Source of the DNA: Macrostomum lignano
Lineage: Eukaryota
Length of the DNA: 64,000 nt
Reading direction: 5' to 3'
Assembly: GCA_002269645.1 (NCBI GenBank)
Contig: NIVC01000694.1
Span: 372,001 to 436,000 of the forward strand
This document shows positions 32,851 to 46,763 of the stretch, one piece after another. Each line of letters starts with the position of its first letter. The stretch's first letter is position 1. The translations under genes were made by a program, and so were the position numbers. Under the pieces are notes generated by a model. It saw nothing but the letters and a program-made list of their open reading frames with translations. It made no database searches and was not told where the DNA came from.

Positions 32851-35800
32851 CCTCTTGACATAGATGTTGAAGTAAAGGGAGGAAACTGGAAACAGGAAAC
32901 TGAATTTACTGGAACTGGTTATTTCTGTACTCTGCGCGGACCTACACACCAATGATTTTGTTACGGCCAAGCTGACTGCCGATAATATGCTACTCACTAT
33001 TAACGTGCCGCCCGTCCGCCGCAGCCGCTTCACAGCAGAGTTGGTATTTAAACATACGCTCGTATCAACAAGGTTCTGCAGTCGGACTCCAGTGTCTTGG
33101 GCAACAACTACCTCTTCCTGCCTAGGTTGTTTTTGAACCAAATCACAAAGGAACGTTACTGACGAAACAATTAAGAATGTAGAATGCAAAGCCTATAATT
33201 GTCAGAAAACAAGAAAACCTAGAATACTCATGGTAAGCAGTGCTTACCATATCCGGCAAGAACGGATACTACCAATTTAGCCATAGAATTTAATTTACTC
33301 TGGTCGGCAGAAAGTTGAGTTGGGCCATGGTAAGCACTGCTTACCATCAGTCTTCTCGTGGTTTTAAATTGTTTTTGCTCAAGGCCTGGGTCCCGCGGGG
33401 CGGCTGTGGCAGCCTAGATGCGGCGGAGCGCCACATCCAGGCACGCCATTCAATGGGGCGCAACTACGTGGTCATCGCCAACAGCGATAAGCGGTGCCTC
33501 ATCCGGGCGCTGGTGGTGGCCAAGGCCTTTGCCGATCTGGAGGCCAAGGCCATCACCAAGCAGACTTGGCGGACCATCAAAGCCGACTCCCCACTGCAGA
33601 CGAAGCTGACTGGGGAACTACAAATTGCCGCCAATCCGTATTCGGTGAGTAAAAATTATCTTGCACATTTTAATTTGCATTTTTATTAATATACAAATGT
33701 TATAGTCTTTATCAACCATTGCACAGGACGGGCCTTTCGGGGTTGACGTGCTCCCCCAACTGCTCGCGGTCCTGAACGCCCAGTCGCCAGGCCGGGATTT
33801 CGGCGTTCGTGTGTACAGCGCGGAGGAGGGCAATACATGTGTGTACACCCTGCCTGGCAGCACAGTGCTCAATCTACACCTAATTGGCGAGCACTTTAAC
33901 GCGGTGTGCAAGGTGCCGCCATTTTTCGGTGCCCGTTACTATTGTGACCGCTGCCAGCAGCCGTACGACTGCAACTCTGCAGGGCACAAGTGCGCCAACA
34001 CCTGCCCTCAATGCAAAGTGCCCGGCGCCAATTGCAAGAGCCTGCGGTGCGACTACAAACGATGCCCAGACTGCGGATTGAAATGTTACAATCCGCAGTG
34101 TTTTGAGAACCACCGCCAGAAAAACCGGGCCGGCAGGTCTCGCTGTAGCTCCACCCGCGTCTGCCCCAAATGCGGGTATTTGGAGGAGTTAAAAGCCGGC
34201 CAGAAGGAGCCGGATCACAAGTGTGGGCATGTCAAGTGCCCACTGTGTAAACAGTATGACGAGGCCGGCTCGCATTTGTGCTTCGTCAAGGCTCCCAAAG
34301 TGAAAGCATCGACTATGCCGTACGTGTTCTACGATACGGAAACATACACGGATGATGAGAAGCAGCATCACGTGCACCTGGTGACTGCCGTCACGTGCTG
34401 CGAGACCTGCTCCGGCCGGGCATTTCCACGCGAGACTTGCAGCCTCTGCAATGGCCTGCATAGCACTGCCAACTGTCTGACTGGCCGCGATCTGGGGGAG
34501 GAATTCTCCAATTGCGTCAGCCACTCAGACTGCGCCTGCCAAATGGCTGACTTTGTGGCTGTGGGCTCGGCCTCGCTGAATCCTTTTTTCGCCTGGCTAA
34601 GCACCACATTCCGAGGCGGCGCCATTGTTGTCGCGCATAATGCATCAGGCTATGATGCGTTTCTACTGCTTGGCGCTCTGCTCAACGGCCTGGCCAAGAA
34701 GCGGCCCCAAGTGTTGTTCCAGGGCAGCCGGCTAATGAGCATGACGGTTGACAAATTGGTGTTTAAAGATTCTCTAAACTTTATACCAATCCCGCTTGCG
34801 CAATTCCCTAAAGCTCTGGGGCTCGAGGACACAAAGCTGGCCAAGGGGACCTTTCCCCACCAGTTCAACAAGCCGGCTCATTGGAACTACGTTGGCCCCT
34901 ACCCGACTATTGATTATTATGGCGGCAAGGCAAACAAGGACTACGGCTCCATCTGTGCTTGGCTGGCCTCGTGACAGGGCGAGTTGTTCAACTTTAATCA
35001 GGAATATCTCGATTATTGTTTGAGCGACACGGTGCTGCTTCGCGAGGGCTGCATCAAGTACAGGGCAATAATTGGTGAAATTTGCGACGGCCTGGAACCG
35101 TTTGTACAGGCCAATACGATTGCCAGTTTGGCAATGGCTGTTTTCACCACCCGGTTTATGGAGCCCAACTCGGTCGGCGTGATTGCCCGGCAGGCTGACC
35201 AGCAGCCGTTCAAGGCGCGCAAGTGGCTGGCCTATTTGAATGCCACCGAATTTGGCGGGCGACTGCGCACCTGCGACTCGACTGACGGCGGCGAGGCTGT
35301 CATTCTCGGCCGCAAGGTGGACGGCTTCGATGAGGCTAGCAACACTGTTTTGCAGTTTCATGGCTGTTTCTACCATGGCTGCGAGCAGTGTATGCCCGAT
35401 CAGGATGCTGTCCACCCACTCAAGCGGCAGCCTCTGAGCCATATAAGCCACGAGACTGAGTGGTTCACTCGCGAGTTGGAGCGGCACAATTACAGTGTTC
35501 GTGTCATTTGGGAGCACGAATACACTGTATTGGCAACGCAGGCAGATTTTATCGCCGCAACTGCCCATCTGCGCGCTCCGCTCAAGATGGAGGATGCGCT
35601 CTACGGCGGCCGCGTAGAGTGTTTTATCCCGCATGCTGTGGCCAGCGAGACTGAGACTCTCAAAATCGGGATGTGGTGAGTAGTGATACTACTAATGTAG
35701 TAGAATATTTTGCAAAAAATACAGTTTATGAAAAATAATGCTTTATTTCAACTGGCAAGTCTCTCTGTACCCGACGGTGCAGTCGAAAGACCCGTACCCG

Positions 35801-37313
35801 ATTGGCCACCCGGTGAACCACCCGACGCCGCAAGTGCTCGATTCTGACGCGCTGGCCAGCTACTTTGGCATTGCCAAAGTGACAGTGCTGCCGCCGTCAA
35901 ACTTGCATATTCCGCTGCTGCCCTACAGGGTGCAAAAGAAGCTCTTTTTTGGGCTTTGCCGCACCTGTATGGAGCAGCAGCAGCAGTGCAGCGGTTGCCA
36001 CCACTCATACGAGGAACGGGCGCTGACTGGCACCTGGGCCATGCCGGAGCTGCGAAAGGCGTTCCAGTTGGGCTACCGGCTGCAGGTGGTGCACGCGCTG
36101 GCCTACTGGACAGAGCAGCGGACCGGCCTGTTCAGTGACTACGTCGGCGCCTTCCTCAAATTGAAGGCCGAGTCGAGCGGCTCCCCCGGCATGTCGGATG
36201 AAGACAAGGCCGCCTACATTGCCGATTTTTACGCAAAGGAGGGCCTCACGCTGGACAAGGTCGAGCCCAACCCAGGACTTCGCTTTGTAGCGAAAATCTT
36301 TTTGAATTCGTAAGTATTCATAAATTGTTTTTTAAACGATTTCTTCTACTAAAAGTAACCAATCTTTTCACAACACAGGCTCTGGGGCAAATTTTGTCAG
36401 CGTGATGACCTCACATCGACCGAAATTGTGTCCAGTTACGAGGACTGGCTCGCCCGGCTGACCGACCCCAACCTCAAATTCAAGGCCTGCGAACCGATTG
36501 GCAGCGAGTTTATGCTGCTGGAGTACCGGCACCGCTACTTTAATCAGCGGCCTTTCCGCTACTCCAACGTGCCAATCGGTGTTTTTACAACCACGCAGGC
36601 CCGGCTGTGCCTGTACGAGGCATTGGAGGGGCTCGGCGAACGGGCCATTTACTGCGACACTGACTCGTAAGTATTGCTCTTACATGTAAATAGTTAGCAT
36701 GTGGAACTAATTATCTCGTTTTTCTCTCTCCCCCACACAGGGTCGTTTACCGGCATTCCGAGGGCCAATGGGAGCCGCCCCATGGCACAAGCCTCGGAAT
36801 GTGGACCGACGAAGTGCCTGCAGGCAGCCGGATGACCGACTTTGTAAGTGGGGGGCCCAAGCTCTACACTTACATTGTCGAGGATGCGGCCGGTGTCCGG
36901 AGCCAGGTCTTGAAATGCAAGGGCATTCGCCTGACTCCGGAGATACGGGAGCGCGGCGACGACCTGCGCAACGCCCTGCTACACGGCGGCTCTCTGCAGC
37001 TGCCGCAGTTTCAGTTCAGGCGCGACAAGGCGTCTTGCACCATCCATACAATCAATATGGACAAGACGTTTCAGCGCGTCCTGACGAAACGTGTGTACGG
37101 GGCCTGCAGCCGGCCTTATGGCTATAAATAATGTGGTCCTTGCGACTAACTAATAAATGTCTTGTTAAATTTGACTGAGTAAAATCTATTTATTGTTGTA
37201 CATATTTTGCATGTGTTGTACTCGCGACTCCCAGGACGGGGCACCTACGAGGGTCCGAGTACGCGGGCCCGTGCTGGCCTGCGTCAGGGCGCGAGTGTCC
37301 GCACGGGACCCTA

Positions 37314-37544
<231 letters not shown>

Positions 37545-38320
37545 TTACTTTGCTGGCAGTTGTTGCTCCGGGCTCAGGAAGAAGGCCTTTACTTTGTATT
37601 TTTCTTTATTCAACGAGGGGACTTGTATAGCTTGGGCTGTTTACTGGCTGTAGATATAGCTCCGTTGTAGAACCACGTGCCGAGGGGGCAGTCGAGGCGC
37701 GCACCGCTCCAACCCGCCGCGAGCGATGTTAAATAGCACACGCCCGCGGAGGGGGGGGAGGGCCACGTGCTCTCAACACCACCACCCCACCAACCCCCCA
37801 GCCAACCCCTCCCCCCCGGGGGACGGCCACCAAGCCCGCCGCCGGCTCAGCCAATCACTACGCGACTGGCTGGCCGCGGCCAATCGCCACGCAGGGCGAG
37901 CAAAACCTGCCAAGGCTAAAGCCTCTGACGCACAAAAAAGGGGGGAAAACAAACTGCCAACACCTAATTGAGGGCTGACTCAGCCCGCCGGGCTAGGTGC
38001 ATTGGCACCGCAAAAGTGCACAACACAACACATGTTAAATTAGTGAAGAGTTACAGACTACTATACAAATGTACATAAAGCATTTTTGTATTGTATGCGG
38101 CGAAATTGCCAATGTAAAAATCTATTGTACATATTTTGCGTGTCAAACTTGTTTAAAATCATTTATGAAGAGAAAATTATTGAAAAACAATGTAAAATTT
38201 TCTGTATATTCTATTTGCTTGTAATGTTGTACATAAATTATTTCCTGTAATATGCTACTGATTTAATGTAAATATATCTTCTTTGAAAATAGTTTATATA
38301 CGATGTGAGCTGTACAATTA

Positions 38321-38716
38321 GTTGACTCATTTGGATGAGATTGTACAACTGTACATGTAGTAGGGTTTCGAGTTGTAATCTTGGTGCGCGTGCGCGGGCC
38401 GTCTGGGGATTAATTAATGTATGCCACTGTACATGTAGAAGTGGATTAATGCACATGTATGTACGAGCTCGTACTGCGTATAGAATTGGGGATAGACATG
38501 GACAATTGAGATAGATAGGGATTAATGTACATGGAATTAATGTACATATATGAGTACATGGATTAATGTACATATACGACTACATATTGCCATGTATATA
38601 ACGCTTAATTAGCGTTTTTATATACTACTTACTTCATTTTTCAGATAGTAGTATAATTTGCGTTTTTAGCGTCAAATCTGCCTAAAAATCAACACTTATC
38701 TACGCATTACGTAGTA
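38321..38716 (-). repeat. Right terminal inverted repeat (~396 bp)
   Basis: Ends ...CACTTATCTACGCATTACGTAGTA. It is the reverse complement of 20297-20675 with substitutions and small indels. Confidence 0.9.
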
Positions 38717-39091
38717 GGACTTACTAAGCATTACGGGAAATATCATTCAGCAACATCGAAAAGTCGCAACCACATAAGATTCCGTCGCCTGTGGTCGCCA
38801 CTTTTGAGAGTGCAGGTAAAGTCTCTCAATCTTTGCGAGTATCGCAACTCAGCTACGCCGCGGCAGACTTGAGTTGAGGAATGAAGTTGGGGAGCGATGT
38901 GCGAAGGTTGGACGGATTAAAGCTACCCCGATCAGTTTTCTCGTGTCTTTTATTTCAGAATAGTCCAAGAGAAATTATTGCTCACTGGCGCATAGAGTGG
39001 TGACTGAGTGGAGTGCTGAGTGTAAACTCGGGCTCTTCGCCTACGGGCACAATGCACTGCGGGCAAATCTGGGCGGGCAGTTCGTCTGCGG

Positions 39092-39440
39092 TCAACGGCG
39101 CAGAAGTTGGGGTCAACGGCGTAGGAGGCGAGGTCAACGGCGTAGGAGACGAGGTCAACGGCGCTGAAGGCGAGGTCAACAGCGCAGAAGGCGAGGTCAA
39201 CGGCACAGAAGGCGAGGTCAACAGCGCAGAAGGCGAGGTCAACAGCGCAGAAGGCGAGGTCAACGGCGCAGAAGGCGAGGTCAGCAGCGCAGAAGGCGAG
39301 TTCAACGGCGCAGAAGGCGAGGTCAACGGCGCAGGAGGCGAGTTCAACGGCGCAGGAGACGGGGTCAACGGCGCAGGAGATGGGGTCAACGGCGCAAGAG
39401 ATGGGGTCAACGGCGCAGGAGATGGGGTCAACGGCGTAGG
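39092..39440. repeat. 21-bp minisatellite (VNGAEGE-type units), paralogue of 8736-8970
   Basis: About 16 tandem 21-nt units. Confidence 0.9.
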
Positions 39441-41024
39441 AGGCTGCAGATCTTCCGGTGATGAGGCGACTTTTGATTCAGCATCGCAGCGAGTTCCCCT
39501 CTGGCATGGCACCCAGCGTTTTGCGGTAGGACAGCCCGGATCTGCCAGCTGAACGCGGGACTGCCATGCAGATGCCGCTGGTCTGCGCGCACGATTTGCA
39601 GCCCCGCTGCCGAGTGTCCTGAAAATGAAGTGAGGAGGCGGAATCGCAGCTACACAACATGTACATGCGAAAGGATGTCAAAAGCACACATTCTGTCTGA
39701 TCAAATGACTTGTATACATGATTTATTGAAAATTTCACGCTACAAGTGCGCAGTTTTGCCTGGTCTGGCCTGGTTCTGTTTGTTTCGAGTTGGGAGGTCT
39801 GGCCTGTCCCGGCTTGGTTGTGTTGCTTTTTTTGTCTTTTGTTGAGTCGGGGCTGACGTTTCTCTGTGGCCCAAACACATTATTATTGTTATTAACCAGA
39901 TACCAGACCAGATATTAGTATTATTATTATTATTATTATAAGCTCAGAGGCGCTACTTAATCACAGCAGAGAGCTTAGCACAAGTGACCACCTGTGGTAA
40001 CTGCCTACAAGGTACGGTGTTACGTAAGCCTATTCAGCTCCAACATGTGCTGTCCCACTAGGTCCATTTTTTAGCAGTTTAAGTAATTAAAATGAAAAAG
40101 AGTGTGCGGTATCTACAATCCTGCACGCTGTTTTGAGTGAGAACCTGCTCAGCATTGCTTGTGATAGAGATATACGAGTAGAGATACTGACAGTTGCTGC
40201 TGACTCGTGTTTTGCTTTCAATTAATTGCAATTGAACCGAAAGCGTATCAAAAAGCACGCTCTCTTTCTACCATCTTTACGACAGTAGATACTACGAAGT
40301 AATTTCTGTTGCCTGATATACGAAGACATTGTGGATGCAGCCTGACTGTGCCGTTTACCAGTCTTAATAACAATTATTTCACTTTACAACTTTATAGTTT
40401 AGAGACGTGTTCAGTTTTTTGTGCGTTTATAGTTTAGCGTGTGTACCTGTACAGATTTGAGGAGTGTGTGCATATACAGGGTTGAGTGTGTACGTGTACA
40501 GGGTTGACTGTGTACACGTACACATCCGGAAGCTGCATCAGCATCTACGAGCCGAGGCGAGGAAAGCGTAATGCTTCATTCCGTATGACTGGAGGCGATG
40601 GCGCAGAAAGGAGCACTGGAGCCATCACGTCCTCTTTTCTGATTGCTTTCCTGAGAAGCTCTGCGCATCAGCCTTGACCAAAATCAGAGATCTCAACGGA
40701 TTAGTTGCCTCTACCACTCCCAGTCCCTGTTGCGCCCCTTCACCAGAACCCACTATCAAAGCGCGCTCCCCAGGTTCTAGGCGCTCCCGCTACACAAGAA
40801 CCAGCATCGACCTGCAAGGAAGTTGCCGATATAGTCGCCGTCGAGATGTTCAACGGTTTCGTGTGATCCCGTTTTATAGGATGTCGGACTGCAAACAACG
40901 ACAGGCTCCGTAGCAGCTCTGAGACTTTGCGCCCGATTAAGCAGCAGCCGGACTCGGCTGTAAAATTTAGAAGGCGCCGAGACCTCTCTGAAACAGTTTC
41001 CTAACTTTACAAATCCGACATGCC

Positions 41025-41620
41025 GTGAACATATGGAAACACATCTGTTATTTATTTCAGGGCAGCAATCAAAGTCTGCTTGTGGCGGCTGCTGCTGTGG
41101 CATCCGCTGCGTCCGCGGTTTCCGCTGCATGGGCCTTGGCGGAAATTCGCGCAGACCGGGCCGAAAATCGCGCCGATCGAGCCGAGAATCGCGCCGCCTT
41201 GGCCGAGAATCGCACCGGCCTGGCCGCCATTTTAGATGAGCTGCGGGCGATGCGCGGCGAAATGCGGGCAATGCGCGACGAAATGCGAGCGATGCGCGGC
41301 GAAATTCTGGACCGCATTGATATGGTACGTGCTTTGATATGGCCGAGAATCGCGTGACCTTGGGTACCATTCTAATGCGGTACGAAGACGACATGCGGGC
41401 GAGTCGAGATGATGCCTTAGTCGCATATCCTAAATGATAAGCAGGCCGACCAAGCCGAGAATCGCGCAGCCTTGGCCGCCATCCAAAATGAGATGCAGGC
41501 CGACCGGGCCGAGAATCGCGCAGCCTTGGCCACCATCCAAAATGAGATGCGGGCGATGCACCATGAAATGCGGGCGATGCGCGGCGATATTCTAAACATG
41601 TATTATACGGCATAATAATA
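41025..41620 (+). pseudogene. Coiled-coil repeat family, copy 3 (rearranged)
   Basis: Same 36-nt intron (41025-41060) and SNQSLLVAAAA start. The repeat region is shortened and broken by a stop at 41355 and by rearranged pieces. Confidence 0.6.
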
Positions 41621-44600
41621 CATACGGCATGTATTAATATGCTACATGCTCAAAGGTTACGCAGGAGGCGCAGAGTCGCCCGCGCTGCATGATGCCGTGT
41701 CACGGCTGTGGAAGCAGCTCAGGAGAGAACTTGCTGAAGGCCAAGTGCAGGTGAGAATCGCACAAGGTCAGCTGCTGCTAGTGCAAATGGCTTCATCTGT
41801 CTCTTGGCGTGTTCAAGAGCCCGAATGTGTAATATGTCATATTATAATGTGCATTATGTACTACATGACCGCCCTATCCACCGCCGTTAGTTTTATTAAT
41901 ACAGTTTACTCGTATAATAATATTACAAAGCGAGTTCAAGCATCTAGAATTTTATTAATCAGGATTTTTTTAAATTGCACTGCTAGCCGCAATTAATTTG
42001 GAGCTGCTATTCCATCATTATGCCTGCCTGCGGCATGCCGCGCCAGTAGGTGCAGCAACCACGGCAGCTACAGGCTTTTCAGAAGGCGCTGAGACCCCCA
42101 TACAGCATGTAGTGCATCAGTGTTATTGAAATAGACTGGCTGTGCATCATTTACTATATTAACGTGTTTGCGTGCGTGTGCATGTGCAGGTTTGCCCTCG
42201 GAGCTGCTGTGGAATCAATACGCCTACCAGGGGCTTGCTGAGGACCATTCTCGGCGATGGTTTTACATTCGCCGAGCAAGAAGGTTGGCCAAGTATTCGG
42301 TCGAATTCATCCATTCTTGGACGGAGACTTCTCGATCACCATGCAATCCACCACACCTACAGTGGAATTGTCGATCCTGCCAGCGTTGTCTGGATGGACG
42401 AGCTGGGTCCCCCCAAGGTGTTGACTCTCGCCAGGAAGACCCGAACATGGACCAGGTTCTATAATTCCAAGTCCCGGTTGCGCCCCTTCACCAGAACAAA
42501 TTATCAAAGCGCGCTTCCCAGGTTGCCTTTGTCTTTATCTTTGGAGCTCTCAGCTTTTTTGCTACAAGAACCGGCATCGACCTGCAAGTGCGACGAAGTT
42601 GGCGATACAGTCGCCGAGACCTTTAACGGTTTAGTTGCGTGATCGTGTTTTGACGGATTTCGACCCGTAAGTTTAGTTTATTCTGACCGCACAAAATCGA
42701 AGCTCAATAGAGACGTAGCGCTCGATGGAGCTGGACTCTTGCAGGCTGCCTCAGCAGGTTCCTATTTCTTGCTGACGAGAGCTTTGGGACCGAGTCAGCG
42801 GCAGAGAAGTCCCGCTGCTCCCGCCGCAGCTAAATCTTGAACCAGTCCATTTGTGGACTGCCTGCTGTGTGACTCGGCATACGATCAGACTGGCTGTTGT
42901 GACTTTGAACTCTGCAAGCATGTGTCTGCAGCAATCTCTTTACTCCATTGTTCAGCGTGAGCCCTGTGGTTGATAGGTTAATGAACTCATGTCTTCCCAA
43001 AGTAGCTTGTAGGTAGGCTAGCCAGAAAATTTTAGGAGTCTCCGTTAGAGTGCAAAAGAATAAGAAATGCTAGGTCTCCATCCTTCGCTTCGTGCACCTA
43101 ACCCCGCACGCTTGACTACTGTGAGTAGATAGTATCGCAAGTCTTTTTAGGGCTGTCGTAATGCTGGATGTGCCCGATAAAGCACTGCAGACTAAGCCAA
43201 CTAATTGAATCATGTTACAATGTCAGAGTTTTTTTCAAAAATTATTAAAAATAATATATAGTATGTCTATTATTATTTAAGTTAATGATCACTATTTGAT
43301 GAAAGTTATGATGAGGCATAATGGTAGCAAAGTGCAAAGCAAAAAAGTCCGCTGCAGTTTTCCTAGATGCAGAGGCAGCCTTTGATACCGCCTGACATGA
43401 CAAGCTCACTGAGGACAAGCTTACTGACAAGCTTACTGACATGTAGCTCAGACACTGCATGCTCACTGATGGCTTTCTATCAATGCTCATGCTCACCCGA
43501 ATTCTGTCAGAGTCAGACTATCTGAGAGATAGACAGATTCAGGCTCGGGTCCAGGTTCGGCATCCTGAGCCCTCTCCTGCACCTCTTCTACGCCAGCTCA
43601 ATGCCGACTCCCGACAATCCGAGCGTCAAGCGCAGTTAATTCGCAGACGACACGGCCGTCTGGGCCTCAGCTGACACCTTTGTAGGGCTCCGAACATTCC
43701 TTTCAGAGCTATCTCAGACGTTTCAGACCATCAGACTGAATGCTGGGAAGAGCAAAGCAATCGCTTTCAACTACAAACCCACCAGGCGCATGGACTTGCG
43801 ACCCAAACAATATCTGGGAGACGGACGGAGGTTCCGTACAGCCAGGAGATAAAATTTGCCCAAGCCTCTGTCTGAGCAAACAACGCAAGACACCATACCA
43901 TGACAGATACCAGCAGAGCCATTGTAATGCCGCTATGCAGAATTGTTAAAATGACAAAGCTGAGTAATGCTCACTACCCTCAGAATGGTGTACACAGCCT
44001 ACGGAGAAAACATCAGATCAAACTGCAAGGGGGATTCCCAATCCAAGGTAGGCTGACGGGCAGTCTCCCTGAAAACTGAGCATGCTGCCTGAGCCAGAGA
44101 TCGGTTGATCAGCAAAAGGGACCGGATTCCATGACCTGTGATCTCCCTGCGCACTTTTAAACTCTTTGTAAGAGTCTTACAAATATTGCTTAAAACTTTT
44201 TACACCCCTTCTATACTACTTATACAGTTGTATTCAAATATGCGGTATTGCATTTCATTTCATATTTTACTTATTAGCGTATTTTTTACTCTTCATTACC
44301 TTTTTATAAGAATCCCTTCTTTGTGCAGATTTCCCTGTTCCCTTCTATCCCTTCCATATTTTTATTCCCAAATGTGTGCGAAATTACTGCTGCTAAGTAC
44401 TGAAGAATACTTTTACTTAATTTAATTTCATGTTTTTCGATTAAATAAAAAATTAAATAAGCAGCAGAGCTCCTCAGAACTGATCCACGCCGGTTTTTAT
44501 GGCACTTCGTTTTAACAAAGTTTTTATCAGGCAATTTAGGGTGTCTTTTCTGGAGATTTCTGCTCATCAGCCAGTGGCCAAACTAAAGTCCGGACACGCC

Positions 44601-45514
44601 AGCCGCAATTTTTAGAAATTATGTTTGAAAATGAACAATGAAATTTTGGGAATTTGGCTTATCACGTGTAAATGTTCTTGGTCTAAACGAGCGCCATTTA
44701 AATGAAATGAATGTTCGCAACAGAACTCACCATTTTCCTGCAGGAACAGCCAGCCAGGTAATTGGATTCCCGAGCACTCCAGGTTTGGTGATTTTGTCCG
44801 ACTTGTCGAATCGATCTTGCACGCTGACTCAGCATTTTAGAATTTACATTGTAGTTTGTGGTGCCACATTGAATAATCCGTTCCAGAACACATAGTATGC
44901 AAAACGGCGTTTCCGATACTAGACTAGAAATCACAGTCAGAGCCGGGGCCCTCCCAACCGCCCTCCTTATGGTAAGCAGTTGATTATCTCAAAGATACAG
45001 AATAGGGGGCAGGCGGCAATGTACTCATCATACTAGCGTACATTCCAGAGATAAGCACGAGGTCGCTTCACAGCGGCTACCGCAGAGGGGGTGTGGAAAT
45101 GAGAGAAAAATCGATATTTCATTTTATTTAAGATAAGCAGGTCGCACACCGCGCACACAGCTAGAGAGACACCGAAAGTTAACACTTGAACAGCTTTTAT
45201 GAATCTGACCAATCACGAGAGGCGGCAGTTGTAAAAGCTAAGGGATTCATTTAAAAAATATATTATGGGCTATACACGAGGGTTAACTACTAAACGTTAT
45301 ATTTGATAATTTGAGTTTACATATGTACTTCGACTTACTAGTAAAAGTAAAATGTAATGAATAATTCATGTGCAACCGGAGCCAGTAGAAAGTATAATGA
45401 ATCAGCAGTCTTATAGTAGTGCGTAAACTTAATATTTTTAATGATTATTTTTATATGAAACAGCAGGTGCAGCCCAAGTGCTCTTCTTCCGAGATGTCGT
45501 CTCCTCTCTTCAGC

Positions 45515-46305
45515 TCATCTGAAGCTATACAGCACTGACTGCAGCGCTTGAATGTCTTCCTCCAGCCGTACGATTATGCATGTGGCCTTGTCGAGAATGT
45601 ACTTTAGTTCATGTCCCATAACAGACAACTTCTGCAGCGAACTCGCATGTCCGCGACTTGCTGTCGTGTTGCATTTGCGTCCCTGATTGCTGTCGCCATG
45701 GATAAACTGCCGGCAGAGCTTGCGACAGCGGCGGCGGCAATTAGGGCAGCTCCTCCAGTTAGTAAACTAAGGGTTGCGATCCCGACACCGGTAGTAGCCA
45801 GGCCGACAGCTCCAGCCGCTCCCTGTGTCCTTGTTCTGCGCTCTTGCCGCTCCAGCTCCTCCGCCTTTTGTGTGAGCCTCTCGTCGAGCACTTCTACGAT
45901 CCGACGAGAATTATTCAGTCTATCAGTGAAACTACTGAGCCGCTTGCAGCACTCCCTGAGGCTTCCTACTGTATGCTGGATTATTTGACGGAATTCTTCT
46001 GTGGCTTCATGGGTATGCACTTGAGCAGCAAAATACTTCCTAGCAGAATTAATCAAGCTTTCTACTTCTAAATGACGATGCCACAGATTCAGATCGCATG
46101 CAATGTCGCGCATCTTCTGCAGTCCCTGTCTCAGTTCCTGCTTCATCTCCTCGGAGAGCACCTCATCATTCAGCTGTATTTCCTGTACCTGTGTGACCAG
46201 CCGAATAACCATCTCAGTAAGCCAGCAAAGCTCTTTTTTCAGGTGTTGTAGAGACTTGAACATGCTGAAAATGTCCGGCAGGTGAGGAGGAGAAGGCCTA
46301 TCCAT
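45515..46305 (-). pseudogene. APOL/alpha-PFT-like family, A-type with a 3' frameshift
   Basis: MDRPSP...LTQKAEELERQERRTRTQGAAGAVGLATTGVGIATLSLLTGGAALIAAAA... A 1-nt deletion near 45631 separates it from the conserved ...RLEEDIQALQSVLYSFR* end. Confidence 0.65.
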
Positions 46306-46763
46306 GGTTTGAATCTCGTTGCGCAAATGCGCTTTGTTAATTTGTGATGGCTCGAATAAACTGAATATCCAAAGTTGTAACTCGAGTGTATAGTTGAGAA
46401 AGAAATATTCGTCCAGCAAATTGTCTGTGCAGCCGATAGACGAGCGTTTTTGAAGTGAGAAAGCATTGGCGGCACAGTTTAGCAACAGCTTGGCCTGAGT
46501 GTGCTCACATAAACTGAACTTCCACTTTGCTTCAGCTGTACAAATTCATTGCAGGGTTGCGAGTTACAGCAGGCTACTCCACTGTACGCAGTGTGTTCTG
46601 AACTTCTCCCTGTCTGTGTTCGTTTCACGTTCATTTTGTTTATTTGTTCGAGTTTCACACCGGCGGCAAACTGCACGGAGTGAGGTGCAGTTACTGTCAA
46701 CGATGTCTCACTAGTTTCTATTGTATGGGAAAGATGCAGACCAGGGTATCGTATACAAGATTG

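Larger units (their letters stand above)
29201..37131 (+). pseudogene. polB: Protein-primed family-B DNA polymerase (pPolB), multi-exon, decayed
   Basis: Exo motifs YDTETY, AHNASGYD and YCLSD. Pol motifs D(V)|VSLYP, KIFLNS|LWGKF and YCDTDS|VVY, plus GPKLY and KCKGI. Introns at 33645-33726, 35676-35758, 36310-36378 and 36667-36740, and probably 32306-32863 and one in 33.13-33.38 kb. Nonsense TGA at 34972, 1-nt deletion at ~35665, CAA instead of CAG at the 35758 acceptor. The 5' exons (29201..., 32864...) are less certain. Confidence 0.9.
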
